Positions 1 to 28,200 of a stretch of DNA of 64,000 bases are shown here, piece after piece (positions within the stretch are counted from its first letter, which is position 1; the number at the start of each line of letters is the position of its first letter). The stretch is taken from NCBI RefSeq assembly GCF_048593235.1, contig NC_133621.1, positions 302,011,146-302,075,145 of the forward strand, written 5' to 3'. A program made the translations under genes and the position numbers. The DNA comes from Sminthopsis crassicaudata. Its lineage: Eukaryota. The notes under the pieces are model-generated. The model saw only the letters and a program-made list of their open reading frames with translations, did not search any database and was not told where the DNA came from.

Positions 1-3000
1 GTCTGAATTTTGTCCTTGAAGCAGGAGGTTTTATAATGGAAATGATATTTAGTCAGTCACACCTGCCCTTTAGGAAGATAAATTTAGAAACTAGAAGAGA
101 TGGAAAGTGAGGAAGACCAACCAGGGAAAGGCCTGAACTAAGATGGTAGTTCTTTGTGACTGAGGGGAGAGGGCAATATAAACTTCACTGAAATCGGTAA
201 CTGATTCGTTTACAGTGGGCAAAGGGGGGAGTGAGGTTCTGTCTTGTCAGCTTCTCTCTGCTGCCCAATCCTGCCAGTTATCTGTCTCACTGATATGGGC
301 CAAGGTGGCACAAGGGAGTCTAAGAGAATCTAGAAACGGATCAGGACTCCAAACACAACATGCTCAAGCGGCCAAGAATTTTATTTTACTCATGTGTCAA
401 AAGGATACATCATTAGTGTAATTTCAAGGGAAAACAGAAATTGCTGTGATAAAAGTGACAAAAATCTTTACAGATGTGTACTTCTTTATCAATACCACCG
501 TTTGTTTCTGGTTTTTTCCTGGTCAACCTTTATGAGAAGGAGCTATGAAAGAAGGGCAGGAACAGGGACTCTAAGGACTGACCTATGTCTGGAGTCCTAG
601 AGTGACCCAGGATGGAGGATTCTGGGGAAGCAAAGCCCTGACTAGTTGGCTGAGTCAGCCAGTTACCATCTCCCCATTTACTTCCCAATATACTTAATGT
701 TTGCTTTATGGAATGGAACCTGGAAAAGCAGCAGCATCAAAAACCTCTCAATATTCTGTCCCAGGCCAGATGATAAGGGGAAGGTCTCCTAGAGGGTGAG
801 TTATGACTTCAAAAAATGGGTCCTTGTTTCCTGCTCTGAGCCCACTGGCTAAAGGTGGCTGAGAAATGGGGATAGAGTGAAAGGAGTAATTCTTCAGCAG
901 AAACAATGAAGCAGATCAACTTTGGGCATAAGAAAGTATGGCATGAAATCAAAATGGCATCTTGGGGCTTATTTGAATTCCCATCTCCTAGATTAAGTGA
1001 TCCTGAACAAGTGACATAGCCTTAGTTCCCTCCTATGTAATGGCCTCTCCCAGCTTATAAAGGTAAAAAGCTTTATGCCACTTGCCACTTTAAAAACTCT
1101 GAAAGATACAGGTTTTTCCAGCAAAGGAATGAATTTTTCTTAATAAATAATCCACCAGTGAGTTCCTTCTCATAGTGCTTGAGGGGATTATATTATATCA
1201 GGATTGTTAGTGTCTGTTAATAATTTTTAATTAGGTTATCCCTTGCAGCAAATTGACCCAGAAAAGGAGGTGTGTTAATGTTATCTCCATTTTACAGATG
1301 AAGAAATTGCATTACAGTACACTTATATCAGGCTGCTTACTATCTTGGGTGTGGAGGAAAAAGGGGAGAGAGGGAGAAATTAATTTGGAACTCAAAACTT
1401 AAAAACAACAACTACAACAACAAAAACCCCAATGTTAAAAATTGTTTCTAAATGTATGGGGGGAAAATATTTAAAAAATTACTTTAGTGACATACATATC
1501 AAAACAGTCCAGACAATGAATCCAACACAGAATCTGAAAGATGGTTATTAAAGCATGAAAAAAAATCCAAACAGGTTTAACTGGATCATTATCTGCAAGG
1601 CCATGCTGGCCCAGTCTCTTATTGGCACTCATTGCTTTGAGCAAACAATCTTGAATTTTCTTATGAGCAGTCGTATAACTCGTGAATCATGTTTATAAAT
1701 CACAAAAGATTGCAAACTTCATGAAGGAAGGCTCTCTCTTTGGTATCATTCCCCCCCCCCCCCCCGAATCTACCTGGGACATAAGAGGATTATTTTTTAA
1801 AATTCAGCTGAGGCATAAAACATACAACCTAAGTCCCTATGTCCTTGGATCACAGGAATAATTTTGAGATGGGCTTGCCAAAAAAATCTGAAAGTAAATC
1901 CTGTATTGCAGCAGGCATGCATCTCAAATGGAGCAAAGGAGGGCAAAGTTTCCCTTGTCCTGAGAAGACTCTATTTTATGCCTTTTATGCCCCTTAACAC
2001 AGAAAGAAGTTACCAGATTCACAGAGCAGTACTAAAGGGAAGGACCAAAGGGCAATCAGAATAGTAGATTTTGTTTCGCTTATGGGAATTAGAGGGTGAC
2101 TTGACTTGTCAGGAAGAGGTGATCCCCAAGAGAAAAGGAAGCTAACACAGCATGACTGAGAACAAATGAAGCAAAAGTTAAGGTGATACATAAATGAAGA
2201 GTGACTTTCTTAACTGATATGTTCCTATACACAAATTTCCATTCCCTTTATGATTTTCAGTGGGTAGATGGTAGGTTAAGGATATTTTCTTTTTTATGGG
2301 GGATAGGTTGCTTGATTATGTAGTTCATGGAAGACTTTTATCACCAAAATGAACAATGAGTAAACCAACAAAAACAGAGTCCCATTGAAATAAAGCATAT
2401 TGGCTAAAAACAGCAGAGAATGTTAGTTAAAACCGAAAAATCTTAATAATGGAAACTTAGGTCTGAACGCCAATTTCCCCCTCTCCTTTATATAGGACAT
2501 GAAAAGCTGTGATGTTTATGTTCTTTGATAAATGTTAAAATTTGGACAAACTTTCATTAGCTTGGATATATGTTGGCAGAAAGCGAAAATTCAGTCTGAC
2601 CTCAATGAATATGAAATTTATACTTCAATGACCTCAAAAAACAAAACAACAACCAAAAAAACCCCAAACCCACAAACAAGAGGAGGGAGAGCAGTTTTAC
2701 TACGTGTTTTACACTTATGAGGAGTATAAGCACTAAGAAACAGCTCTTAAGGAGCATTTCTTCAGCCAGTGATGTACTGTGGGGAAGGGATGTCCTCTGA
2801 GAAAGCGGCTCCATGAACCTTAAAACTAAAGATATTAATAACATTGTCCAAAGGCTGTACCATGCTGGGAAGGAACAGGCAATAAGATAATGACCTCATT
2901 TATTGCAATTCTGATTTTATTCTGTAACGTTGATAGAGAAAAATCCAGGGAAGAAGCACTAAAATCCTTAGAGGGATGGGGGAGGAGAAGAGGATGGCTT

Positions 3001-5523
3001 TATGAGGGCAAACTAAAAATATCAGGACAACGCAAAATGGAAGAAAACTGGGAAGAAAATGATAGAAATCTAAAAAATTATGAATGACAAAGGTAATGTT
3101 AATGTAAATCCTCAAAGATTTATTTTCAGCTTGAACAATGGAGGCATTCATTTTCATCTCTGAACAACAATGGCTAACTTCACTGGCCCAAACAGCAGAA
3201 AAAGTACTGGCTCTAGAACCAGGGGACATGGTTCAAATTCTGTCTCAGATGCTCATTACCTATGACGTTGGGGGGCAAGCCATCGGCTTAGTTTCCCCCT
3301 CTGTAAAACGGAGGGGTTGGAAAGCAATGTTTGACTTGACAGCCCTGGAGGTCCCTTCCAGCCAAGCCTGGTCCCCTGTTTTTGAAAGGGAGACTGGACA
3401 AGCACAAGGTGGAAGAAGAGAACCCCCATTTATAAAACTAGCCCTCTGTGGCTGAGAAGTGCTTCCTCACAATAATCCTGGGAAATGAGTGGTAATGGTT
3501 TGGTTTTGCTTTTGCTTTGCCATTTAACAGATGAAAAAACTGAGATTTGTCCAGCTAATAAGTAGCAGGAGCAAGAATTTAAAACCCGTCTCCTGCCTTC
3601 AAAGAGCACTGGAATGACAACAGATAGAGAAGGCAATTGGCCAAATAAAAGGAAGTTGGCCCTGCTCCAAAGCACAGCAGATTCATTGCCCAGATAGACG
3701 TTTTTAAATGACAAAACCATTACTGAGGCCACGAAGAGAAAGTATCCGTGAAGAGGAGGGAGGGACAGACACACACTGTGGCTGGAAGTGAGAACTGCTT
3801 CTGATCTAAAATGGCTTTAAAGCTTGGGAGAAAACTCAAATAATATGTCTGGTCTTCAGTTCCAAAGGTTACTGTCCCAACGTTCAGGAGGCCTAGGGGA
3901 GAAGGAGAGGCCCCCTCAGAGCCACCCAGAGGCGATGAAGAAGTGGGCCCCGGTGGAAATCTCCCCAGTCTGGGAAGCACAGAGTTGTCCAAATTCCCTT
4001 TTCCGTGCATCTAGGAAACCTACCTAGCAATTTACTTTCTCATTATGAGCGGGCAAACCACACGGCTCCAATCCAAGAATTCTGTTTATTTTTTGTAACC
4101 AGACAGCAATCATAAGTGACTGGGGACACTGCTCCTTCCTCCATGACGCTTTTCAGTCTCAATGAAGTGACTGTCACACTTCCTGTATTTTTCTTTAGCA
4201 ATAGTCAAAATTATGTTCAACTCAAGTTAAAACTGGACAAGGATTAAGAACCCGTCTATAGGAGCAGCTTTTCAGCCCCGACTTTTGGGCCCCCAGCACA
4301 TGGAAAGCAAAAGTCCATGGGGGATGCTAGTGTGAGGGAGGGCGGCCCAGGAAGCACACGCAGCTCTAAGGGGATCTACTGTCTGGGGCGTTCTGCAAGG
4401 ACGGCTCCAAGGAAATGGAATTAGAAATTGTTTTACTCCACAGAATTCTGATGAATGCCATCACATCCCATTAGGTCTTGTCCATATAATTTATATTTTT
4501 CTTTTTAGAAACCAGGTAATTTCATGCATTTCCCAATCCCCTTCCAAGCTAATCTTATTTCTCCCCTAATTTGGCAGCAACTCCCCCCCTCCCAATCTCT
4601 GACCACAAATCACTTCCTCTCTTCCAAAACTTCGAGATCTTCCCGCAAGCCCAGCCCTCTTCTCTCCAGAGCCCGAGCTCCGCTTCCCGACTAGCCCCAA
4701 CTCTGCTCTAGGCGGGTCAAAAGCGGTGCAACCTCCCCTTGCTCCCCTCGCCCCCGTCCACCCCAGACGCAGAGCTCTTTTGGCGGGTCAAAGGCGGCGC
4801 ATCATCCCGTGCCCCCATCCCGGACTCAGACGGATCCAAGGCGGTGCATCCTTCCCCGCCCCCCCAGGCTTTTCTCGGAGGGTCACAGATGGCTCGCCCT
4901 CCCACCCCTCCTTCCCCCCACGCCCTGGGCTCAGATCTCTCGGCGGGTCACAGGCATCCTCTGGCACCCTCCACCCTGGGCCCAGCCTTTCTGGGCAGCT
5001 TACAGGCGGTTTATCCTCTCGTGCCTCCCATGCCCCCCACCCTGGGCCAGAGTTCTCTCGGTGCCCCTTCCAGCACTGAGGCTACAGGGTCCAGTCCAGT
5101 TTGTAAACGTTGCAGTTTGCTGATTGGTCCCCTGGCTGAGCCTGCATCCTGAAGTGCGAGAGAGCAGCACTGGGGGAGGGGAGCAGGGCGTCCCGGGGAG
5201 CTGCCCCTCCCCCCTCCCCAGCCCACGGGGGAGGGGCAACCCCTGCCCTGGACCCCAGGATACCCCCTCCCCCCACGCCTCTCCTCGCCTTACGAAGACA
5301 ACCACCGAGGACCACGCAGACCGGCAGTGACGAACCCAAGGTCACCAAAGCAGGGAGCTCGCACCGCCTCCCCAAAGTCTGGGCCTCCCGGGGCGGGGAC
5401 CGCAGGACACCCAAGTCTTGGGTCTTCGCCTCCCCTGCCTCCCCCTCCCCCGCAGCGGCCTCGGTCTCCGCTCGCCCGGGCAGCCAGCAGGCGCTCAATA
5501 AATGCAGATACGGGGGCGCTCAC

Positions 5524-5611
5524 CCAGCATGATGGGGCTCAGGCGCCGGGCCAGGCCCTTGGACAGGTCGTACACGTACAGCTTCACCGGGTACAGGTTC
5601 GTCGGCTCCAT
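5524..5611 (-). CDS. DESI1: Desumoylating isopeptidase 1, coding exon 1 (rest of gene is left of the window)
   Basis: Minus strand ATG at 5611 gives [30 protein letters not shown], matching the recalled human N-terminus [30 protein letters not shown]. 88 nt followed by a GTGAG donor at 5523. Head-to-head with XRCC6 as in human. Confidence 0.96.
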
Positions 5612-7409
5612 CGACGCCGGCTGCGACCCCAAGGGTAGCGGCGGCGAGTGCGGCGGCGGCGGCGTCGTCTTCTCCGTTTTAGTGCCGCACCGACCGGGGC
5701 GGTGGGCAGAGGCCCTGCGGCGTCGGGGGCTGGGAGACTCGGGCCGGCGCTGCGCTGCGCGGGCTGCTCAGCCGCACGGGGCCGCACGCGCCCCGGCAAC
5801 GCCGACTGTGAGGTGACAGAGGGCCGAGGGGCGGGATGCCGCCCGGGCCCGACTGCGCGTGCGCGACACTGCCCACGCCGTGGCGCTCCGCCCCCTGGTC
5901 CGCCCGGCGACGTCACGGCCCCGAACGAAAGGGGAAGGAGGCCGAGGACCTACTGCGCATGTGCACCGAGCCCTCCGCGCAGCCGGGGACGGGGAGAACC
6001 GAGGTCTGCCGCGCATGTCCACCGTAGCTACCTGTCCGTTTTCAGTTCGGATGATGGTGGGGTTTGGCAGGGCGCCTCCAAAAGAGGAACTGCCCTGCGA
6101 ATGTGCTATTAACAGGGCAGCTAGTGCCCGCCTGGAGACGCGTCTTCCCGAGTTCAACTCTGGCCTCTGACACACTAGTTTGTGATGCCGGGAAAGTCAC
6201 TTAACTCTGTTTTCCTCGATTTCCTCATCTCTAAAATGAGCTGAAGAAGGAAAAGGCGAGCCGCCGTAGCTCCTTCGCCAAGAAAATCCCAAGTGCGAGT
6301 CAGACAAGAGCGGAAAACTGGGGAACTACAACACTGGGCCACAACCAGGGGGCGGCGCCGCGAAGCGGAGGGGAGGGGAATGAGGGAACGAGGATCCTAT
6401 TGCGCAAGCGCGGCACCGCCCCAACCCAACCCGAAAACAACCGCCGGGGGCGGGGCCTTGTCGATTTTACCGCGGCGTGTGTGGCGTATGGGACTTTTGC
6501 GCATGTGTAAGACGAAACTTTTTCCCACGCCTACAAAGGGGTGGGGCTCCTCCCGGAAGAGAGTCGCCCAGGTAGTGGGAGAGTTGGAGGCGAAGGTGTT
6601 TTACGCGCTTGTGGTCTTCGCTTCTTTTGGCATTTCACCCATCGGGTAACTGAAACTGTGGCTCTGAGGGAAATGTAGACGGCGAGATTCTCACCCTCTT
6701 TCCCCACCAGCTATGTAGTACCTCCACTCCTTCCAGCCACTTTGTACTTATTTTGCATATGTGAAGCCACGTGCCACACCCATGCCTCCCTTCACTTAAG
6801 TTTTTGTGTCCTCGATGCGCAGGCGCGCTGCGAGTACTTTATTGTTCACGCTTCGAGACTGCTTCCCAGGCTGCCGCTGCGCCACTACCCGCCTCGTCAA
6901 TCGTGGGTACTTATAAGTGTTTGTCTTTCGGGTGCCGACTGGGTCGTGGTGCAAGTGCCTTCTGCGCCCGTCCGAACTACTCTCACTCTTTAATAGGCGG
7001 CTCATTCCAGGCTCTGGATTCAATATGAAGGCTGCCCCTGTCCTAGAGGAGGGATTTATTGTCAGGAAAATCAACATGCACACAGAAAAAGATACGGAGT
7101 GACTTTGTGGGTGGGAGGACTGACTGCTCCGGCCATCGGGATGAATTTCCTGCAAAAGGAACAAGTTTTACGGGAAGAGAGTGAGGGGCCGCAGAGGGAA
7201 AGGAGCCGGGCCTTACTCTCTGCGCATGTGCACCGCGCCACCGTGCACCCGACTCCCTCCCACCGACGCCCGTGAATGGGCGGGGCTTTGGCTCCCCTTC
7301 TGGCCGGGAGGGTGGATTGGTTGGTAGGATTAGAGATTGAGGAGGCGGGAAGGAGGGCTACACGTGCACTGAGGAGCTAGCGGATTGGACTGTGGGGCCG
7401 CGCGCGTGC

Positions 7410-7490
7410 GCGCTGCGAGAAATCTCTCCGGGTGTTTTCCTCTGCTTCCTTTTCGCGCTCAGCTCTGCATCCTCGGTCTCGGGGGATCAG
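7410..7490 (+). other. XRCC6: Candidate non-coding first exon of XRCC6
   Basis: Strong donor CAG|GTATGG at 7490/7491, directly after NRF1-like GCGCGTGCGC (~7402-7411) and a pyrimidine-rich CTTCCTTTT stretch. The TSS is not determinable from sequence, and other upstream donors exist (e.g. ~6646). Confidence 0.45.
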
Positions 7491-7904
7491 GTATGGATGG
7501 ACGTGCGCTACGACCCCCCACTGGGCACGCTCGTTTCCGAGCGTCTGCGAGCCGGCTGCCCCGGGAAGAGAGGCTGAGGGCGGGGGTGAGCCGGTTGGAG
7601 GGCTCCGTCCGCCTTGCGAGGGCAGCGATTGGAGCCATAGGGTGGGGGTGGGGCATGTGGGGGACCTGCCTCCGGAGGGTGGGAGCCTGCAGGGTATGCT
7701 GTGGTTCTTCTGCGAGGGAGGGATCCCGGCCCCGCAGCTCGCATGCCCTCCTGGACCCCCCTGCGCACGCGTGTTAGTGGGAGGTGTGTGTGAGAGAGGG
7801 AGGGATGGGGGGAGAGAATTGATCTAGGGGGAACCCTGGCTACCCCTCCTCCCCCCGGCCCTTCACCTGGGGCTCCCTTTTTCGTTTAAAGGCTCACCAC
7901 GATC

Positions 7905-23754
<15,850 letters not shown>

Positions 23755-24276
23755 GGGGCGCCAGGCCCCCGTCTTGCCCTACCACTCCTTTTTTTTTTAC
23801 TCTTCCTTCTCTTTGGGAATAGACTTTGTCCCGGTTCTTCTGCTCTTATAGATCATTTGGATTATAAGTGTCAGGCTACTACAGATTCAGGGATCTGGAC
23901 CTCACTCCTTTACAATCCACCCTGGCCTTCAAAAAGAAGTGGAGGGCAGGGCATCGGACAGAATTGCTCCTTTCTGCTTGGGAGGTTTCTCATTGGGAGC
24001 ACAGTTCCAGTCCCTAACCGTGCTCCTGCTGAAGCTTGAGGGTAGGGGTGATGATTCCCCTCCCCACCTTTGTCTTTTGTACCCTAGCCCGTACCCTAGC
24101 CCACACCACAGGCCCTGACTGACAGGGAGATCCTCCAAAAAAGCTGTAGCTTCTTAATGACGTGGATTGGGAATTTTAACTGGCAGTTTCTGAACTTTTG
24201 GGAAGATGATGTTCACATTTGCATTTCAATAATTAGTTGCCTTTGATCTTCTCCATTCTGTTTCATATGTTTAAAA

Positions 24277-24282
24277 AATAAA
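24277..24282 (+). terminator. Likely XRCC6 polyadenylation signal AATAAA
   Basis: First canonical AATAAA after the XRCC6 stop; further plus-strand copies at 24779 and 24810. Confidence 0.55.
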
Positions 24283-24956
24283 ATGATGCAGCATTATTTA
24301 AAAAACAAACTAACCAAGCATGAAAACTCTGATTTGTCCAAGAAAGTGGAATATGGAGCATTAGAAAAAATGAAGGGCCCCATACTCCTGAGGGACTATT
24401 AAGAAGTAGGAAGACTGGGTTTGGGTCCAGATGCTGGAAGGGGGATGGCTCCACAGCTACGGGAGACCATTAGGAAATTGGTCCAGGCTGCCAAGGACAA
24501 GTTGGCACCTTGGAAAACTGGGCAGGTTTCTGTGCATCCTGAGTAGTGGAGAAGGGGAATGGCAGCTGGGCTGAGTGCCTTCCGAAGGAGTGCCCAATTG
24601 GCTCCTGTTCCTGGCCGGAGGCTTAGGATTGTGTGGTGGCAGCTGAATGCTTGGTGTGTGGACAACTATGAATGGGGAGCTCTTTCCCCTCCCCCTCAAA
24701 AGCTCTCATGACCCAGTACCTACAGAAAATGAGTCCCACTAAATGGAAGTTTCAAAGGCAAGGAAAGGGAAAGAATGGAATAAAAAAAAAAGCAATTGCT
24801 TATAACAGTAATAAAAATTTTTTTTTTTAACATTGAAAGTCACCTGAGCACAGTCTCTGCCCCCCCCATCCTTTCACCACAATCCACATAAACACAGCCC
24901 TCCCAGTCGGATCCCCGGGGGAGCGCTACAAACACACCTGAGCCACAGGTGTCAGC

Positions 24957-25219
24957 TTAGACTAAGAGTCTCTCAATTGACTGCTGGACGGACTGAATCT
25001 GGGGTTTCAGCTGGGAGCCTTCTTTGATGGTGACGGAGCAGGCGATGACCGGCCTGGAGACGCCACAAGCCCGCCCCAGTGCCTGCTTGGAGCGCACGAA
25101 CACGTAGGGGACGTTCTTGTCTTCACACAACAGCGGGAGATGGAGGATGATCTCCAAGGGCTCGGCATCTGCGGCCATCACGATGAACTCAGAGATGCCT
25201 CTGTTGAGTGTCTTGGTGG
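24957..25219 (-). CDS. SNU13: SNU13 exon 3
   Basis: 263 nt, ATKTLNRG...IERLLV*; acceptor at 25220-25221. Confidence 0.97.
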
Positions 25220-28200
25220 CTGTGGAAAAGAAAAGTTTCAAGGACCAGCCTGTCCCCGCAGCTCTGTGGAGGGCTGGCTAGTAGGACCCCTCCCCCCCAT
25301 TTCTAGGGGAGCACCCCAACTTGTTTGGCCTGAGGTTTGAGGCTTCCTAAGGCAAGCACTAGGTGCCCCGGAGAAAACCCAAGCTCCCTGGGGGCATCTG
25401 GCCTGTGTTAGCCCAGCAAGTTTGCCAAGGGAATCCCCAGGGTGAGCATGAAAGGGAGGGACCGCCTGGTCCAGCCTGGCTGCTGAATGGACCCCAAGGC
25501 CACAAAATCGCATGGAGAAAAAACTTTTTTTCACTAAAGTCTCAATGGCATATCCTTCAGCTCTGTAAAAGGACTGACTCATCAGCTTCAACGGATCACC
25601 ACGGGGCCCAACACAAAAGGATGAAGTCTGTTAGATCAATGAACTCAGAAAAAGGGAGGCCCAGCAGCAGGGGACAGAACCGGAGGGGGAGAGCAGCCCG
25701 AGATCTAATCTCTGCCCCCCAATTACCGGGCTGACCTAAAACTCTGCATCAGGGGTTTCATCATCTATACAATGGGAGGGTTGAACTGGGTGAGCCAAGG
25801 TTCCTGCTAGCCTTCAATCTAGGACCCTCAGACTTGCCTGAGGTTCCCCAGAATAGTCAAGACCAAGCCGGGCTTTGAAGCCAGGATTCCACACCTCCTT
25901 TCCCTCACTTTGCCCAATTGGTCACCAGCACACACACCCCAGCCCCAGGAGAGGCTCTGGGGATCATGGGAATGGAATCAGAAGCCTTGGGCAGAGCTCA
26001 GTGCTCTTATAGGTGCTGTCCCCCCAGCTCTTAGAATGGAAGCTTCCTAAGAGCAGGCCCAAGGCTCTGCCCAAATGCTCCCGGCCCCACTCCAAGCAGG
26101 AAGATCAAGGACATATTCCTGCCAGGTGCCTCACCTTCGTTGGCGCCCTTCCGAAGCTGCTTGTAATTACAGGACTGCTGTACCAGGTCCAGAAGCTTTT
26201 TGGTGAGCTGGGCATCTGCCAGTGGGTAAGCTTTGGGGTTTACTTCAGCCTCAGTCTGGAAAAAGGGAGGAAGATTAGGATCAAGGCTTCATTAGTAACA
26301 GTTACAGTTCAAGGTCTGGGAGATCCCAAACCCAGAGCATCCTGTCAGGGAAGCAAGGTCATACCCTGTGCCCATTGATTCCCTCTCTGCCCATCAGGGC
26401 TCACTGTGAAATGCTAACAGCAGTTGGTATAACTAGGGAGCATTCAGGCTGGCAAAGTATTTTCTACATACATCCTTCTGCCATTCCAGCTCTGGAACAG
26501 CCTCCATCCTCCTCTCAGCTCCCTCCCTGCCACCTCCACCAAGAATGGCCCAGTGCTAATCCCAGCTTCTCTTTCAATAGGTAAAGAGTCAGTTCCTTGA
26601 AGCAGAGACTAATTCCCACTCCCCAGACTAAGACAAGACCAAGCCACTAATGAGTGGGAGAAGGGCCCACTCAGCAGCTGAAATCAGCAACACATGTCAC
26701 TTGACAGGGGAAGGGGACAAAGGACTAAGTCCTTCTCATAGGTTCAGGGGAATAATCATAGGAGCAATCATACTCTGAATACCCAAGTGCCCCTGGGTGA
26801 CCCAGGGGAGCAATCTGGACAACAGCACAAATCATACTCTGAATATCCAAGTGCCAAAGGGACCAAAACTCTCTGGGTGGCCTGTCCTGGAGGGGAGAGC
26901 CCTGGATTTGGCATCTGGAAGAGGGCAAGGAGCTCAGCGCCCAACTCCCATCAGGCTGGAATTCTGACACTTTGCATCATTGAATGCCTCACCCAGAGGG
27001 GCCAAGTTATGGGATTGGGTGCCTTCATCTTCTCCCAAGGGTGACTAACTCCTGCTTACAAGGTTCTCACTGGGGTCTTAATAAGGGCCCCCAATCAACA
27101 GGAAAACCAAGACAAAACCTTACATCCCCATCCTTAAGAAGGTCTATTTTACAGATGAGGAAACTAAGGCAGGGGGATGGGGAAAGTTTAGAATCATGAC
27201 CCAATTCCTTTTACATTTTGGAGTCGGGAAGTGCCATGTTCACTTGGACATGTTCACTTTACAAATGAAGAAACTGGGACCCAAAAAAAGGACAGGAATC
27301 TCCTCAGTCCCAGAGGCATCAGGCCCTTTCTAACCCCACCCCCCCAATCCCTTCAGATCAATTTCATTCCTAGCGCCCAAAGCCAAAATCTCCTTCCCTC
27401 CTCCCAGCAGCCAATGGGGGGAAGCTAAACAGCTACACTAACTCTCAGCTCGCTACTCCACTCCGGTCAAAACAATCTTTGTACAGCACAAGTCTGGCCT
27501 AGTACCTTTCCTACTCAAGCACCTGGGGGGGGATCCCTACTGCCCTTTGAACAAAAAGGCCTCCACTTGAGCTTAACAGCCCACACAATCCGCTTCCTTT
27601 CCTACCTGCCGTCCTCAGCCTCAAATCCAGGGGAGAAGGCAGGACTCAAGTCAAACCTCCCAGCGCCAAGAGATCTCCCAAACCCGGCAAACCCGGGCTC
27701 AAGTCCCACTCGACCAGCCCTGGGACCCGGGGCAAATCACGGAGGCTCAGCGGGGCAGCCACGCAGCCCTGGGAGGCAACAAAGGTGCCACGAGAGCCAA
27801 GCCTCGGCCTTCCAGGGCCCGCTTGCGGGAGGGTTTTGGGGGCGGGGGTGGGGGGGGAGCAGAAGAGATAGGACATGCTGCAAAGCCCAGAAGGCTGCCT
27901 GAGCCTCCGCAGTCTTAGGTCCCTTTATACTATGTATCCACTGGGGCCTCCCACGTGCCTCCCTCAGGCCCAGGGCTGACATAAGGAGGCAGTGCTAACG
28001 GGCCCCACAGGGCCGGGAAGGGACGTCGGGGGCTAGGCCTAACAGCTTACTCCGGGGTTTGTCCATCGCTTTCCCCCAGCGCGCCCGGTCGCTGATTAGC
28101 CGGGCGGGGATTCGAACCCGGGCGCCCAACCACAGCCTTCGTTTCACAAGAAGGCGGCCCACGGGCCACCAGCCCCAACGTGTAAGGGGAGGGCCATGCT

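Larger units (their letters stand above)
5290..7790. promoter_or_regulatory. CpG island / bidirectional DESI1-XRCC6 promoter
   Basis: Very high GC and CpG density between divergent ATGs (5611 and 7905). Several NRF1-type motifs (5953-5968, ~6498, ~6816, 7220-7235, ~7402), CRE-like GACGTCAC at ~5909, ZNF143-like AGGGAAATGTAGA at 6667-6679. Confidence 0.85.

Noticed and set aside
4509-4515. 7-nt plus-strand microexon-like site (TTTTTAG|AAACCAG|GTAATT) in DESI1 intron 1
   Set aside because: It is antisense to DESI1, has no partner exons, and such a match is expected by chance.
1-5523. Search for DESI1 exon 2 (KQLEGIW)
   Set aside because: No matching 22-nt exon was found by eye on the minus strand; presumably it lies left of the window.
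7640-7663. G-quadruplex-forming GGGTGGGGGTGGGGCATGTGGGGG in XRCC6 intron 1
   Set aside because: Such motifs are common in CpG-island first introns, and nothing here indicates a specific function.
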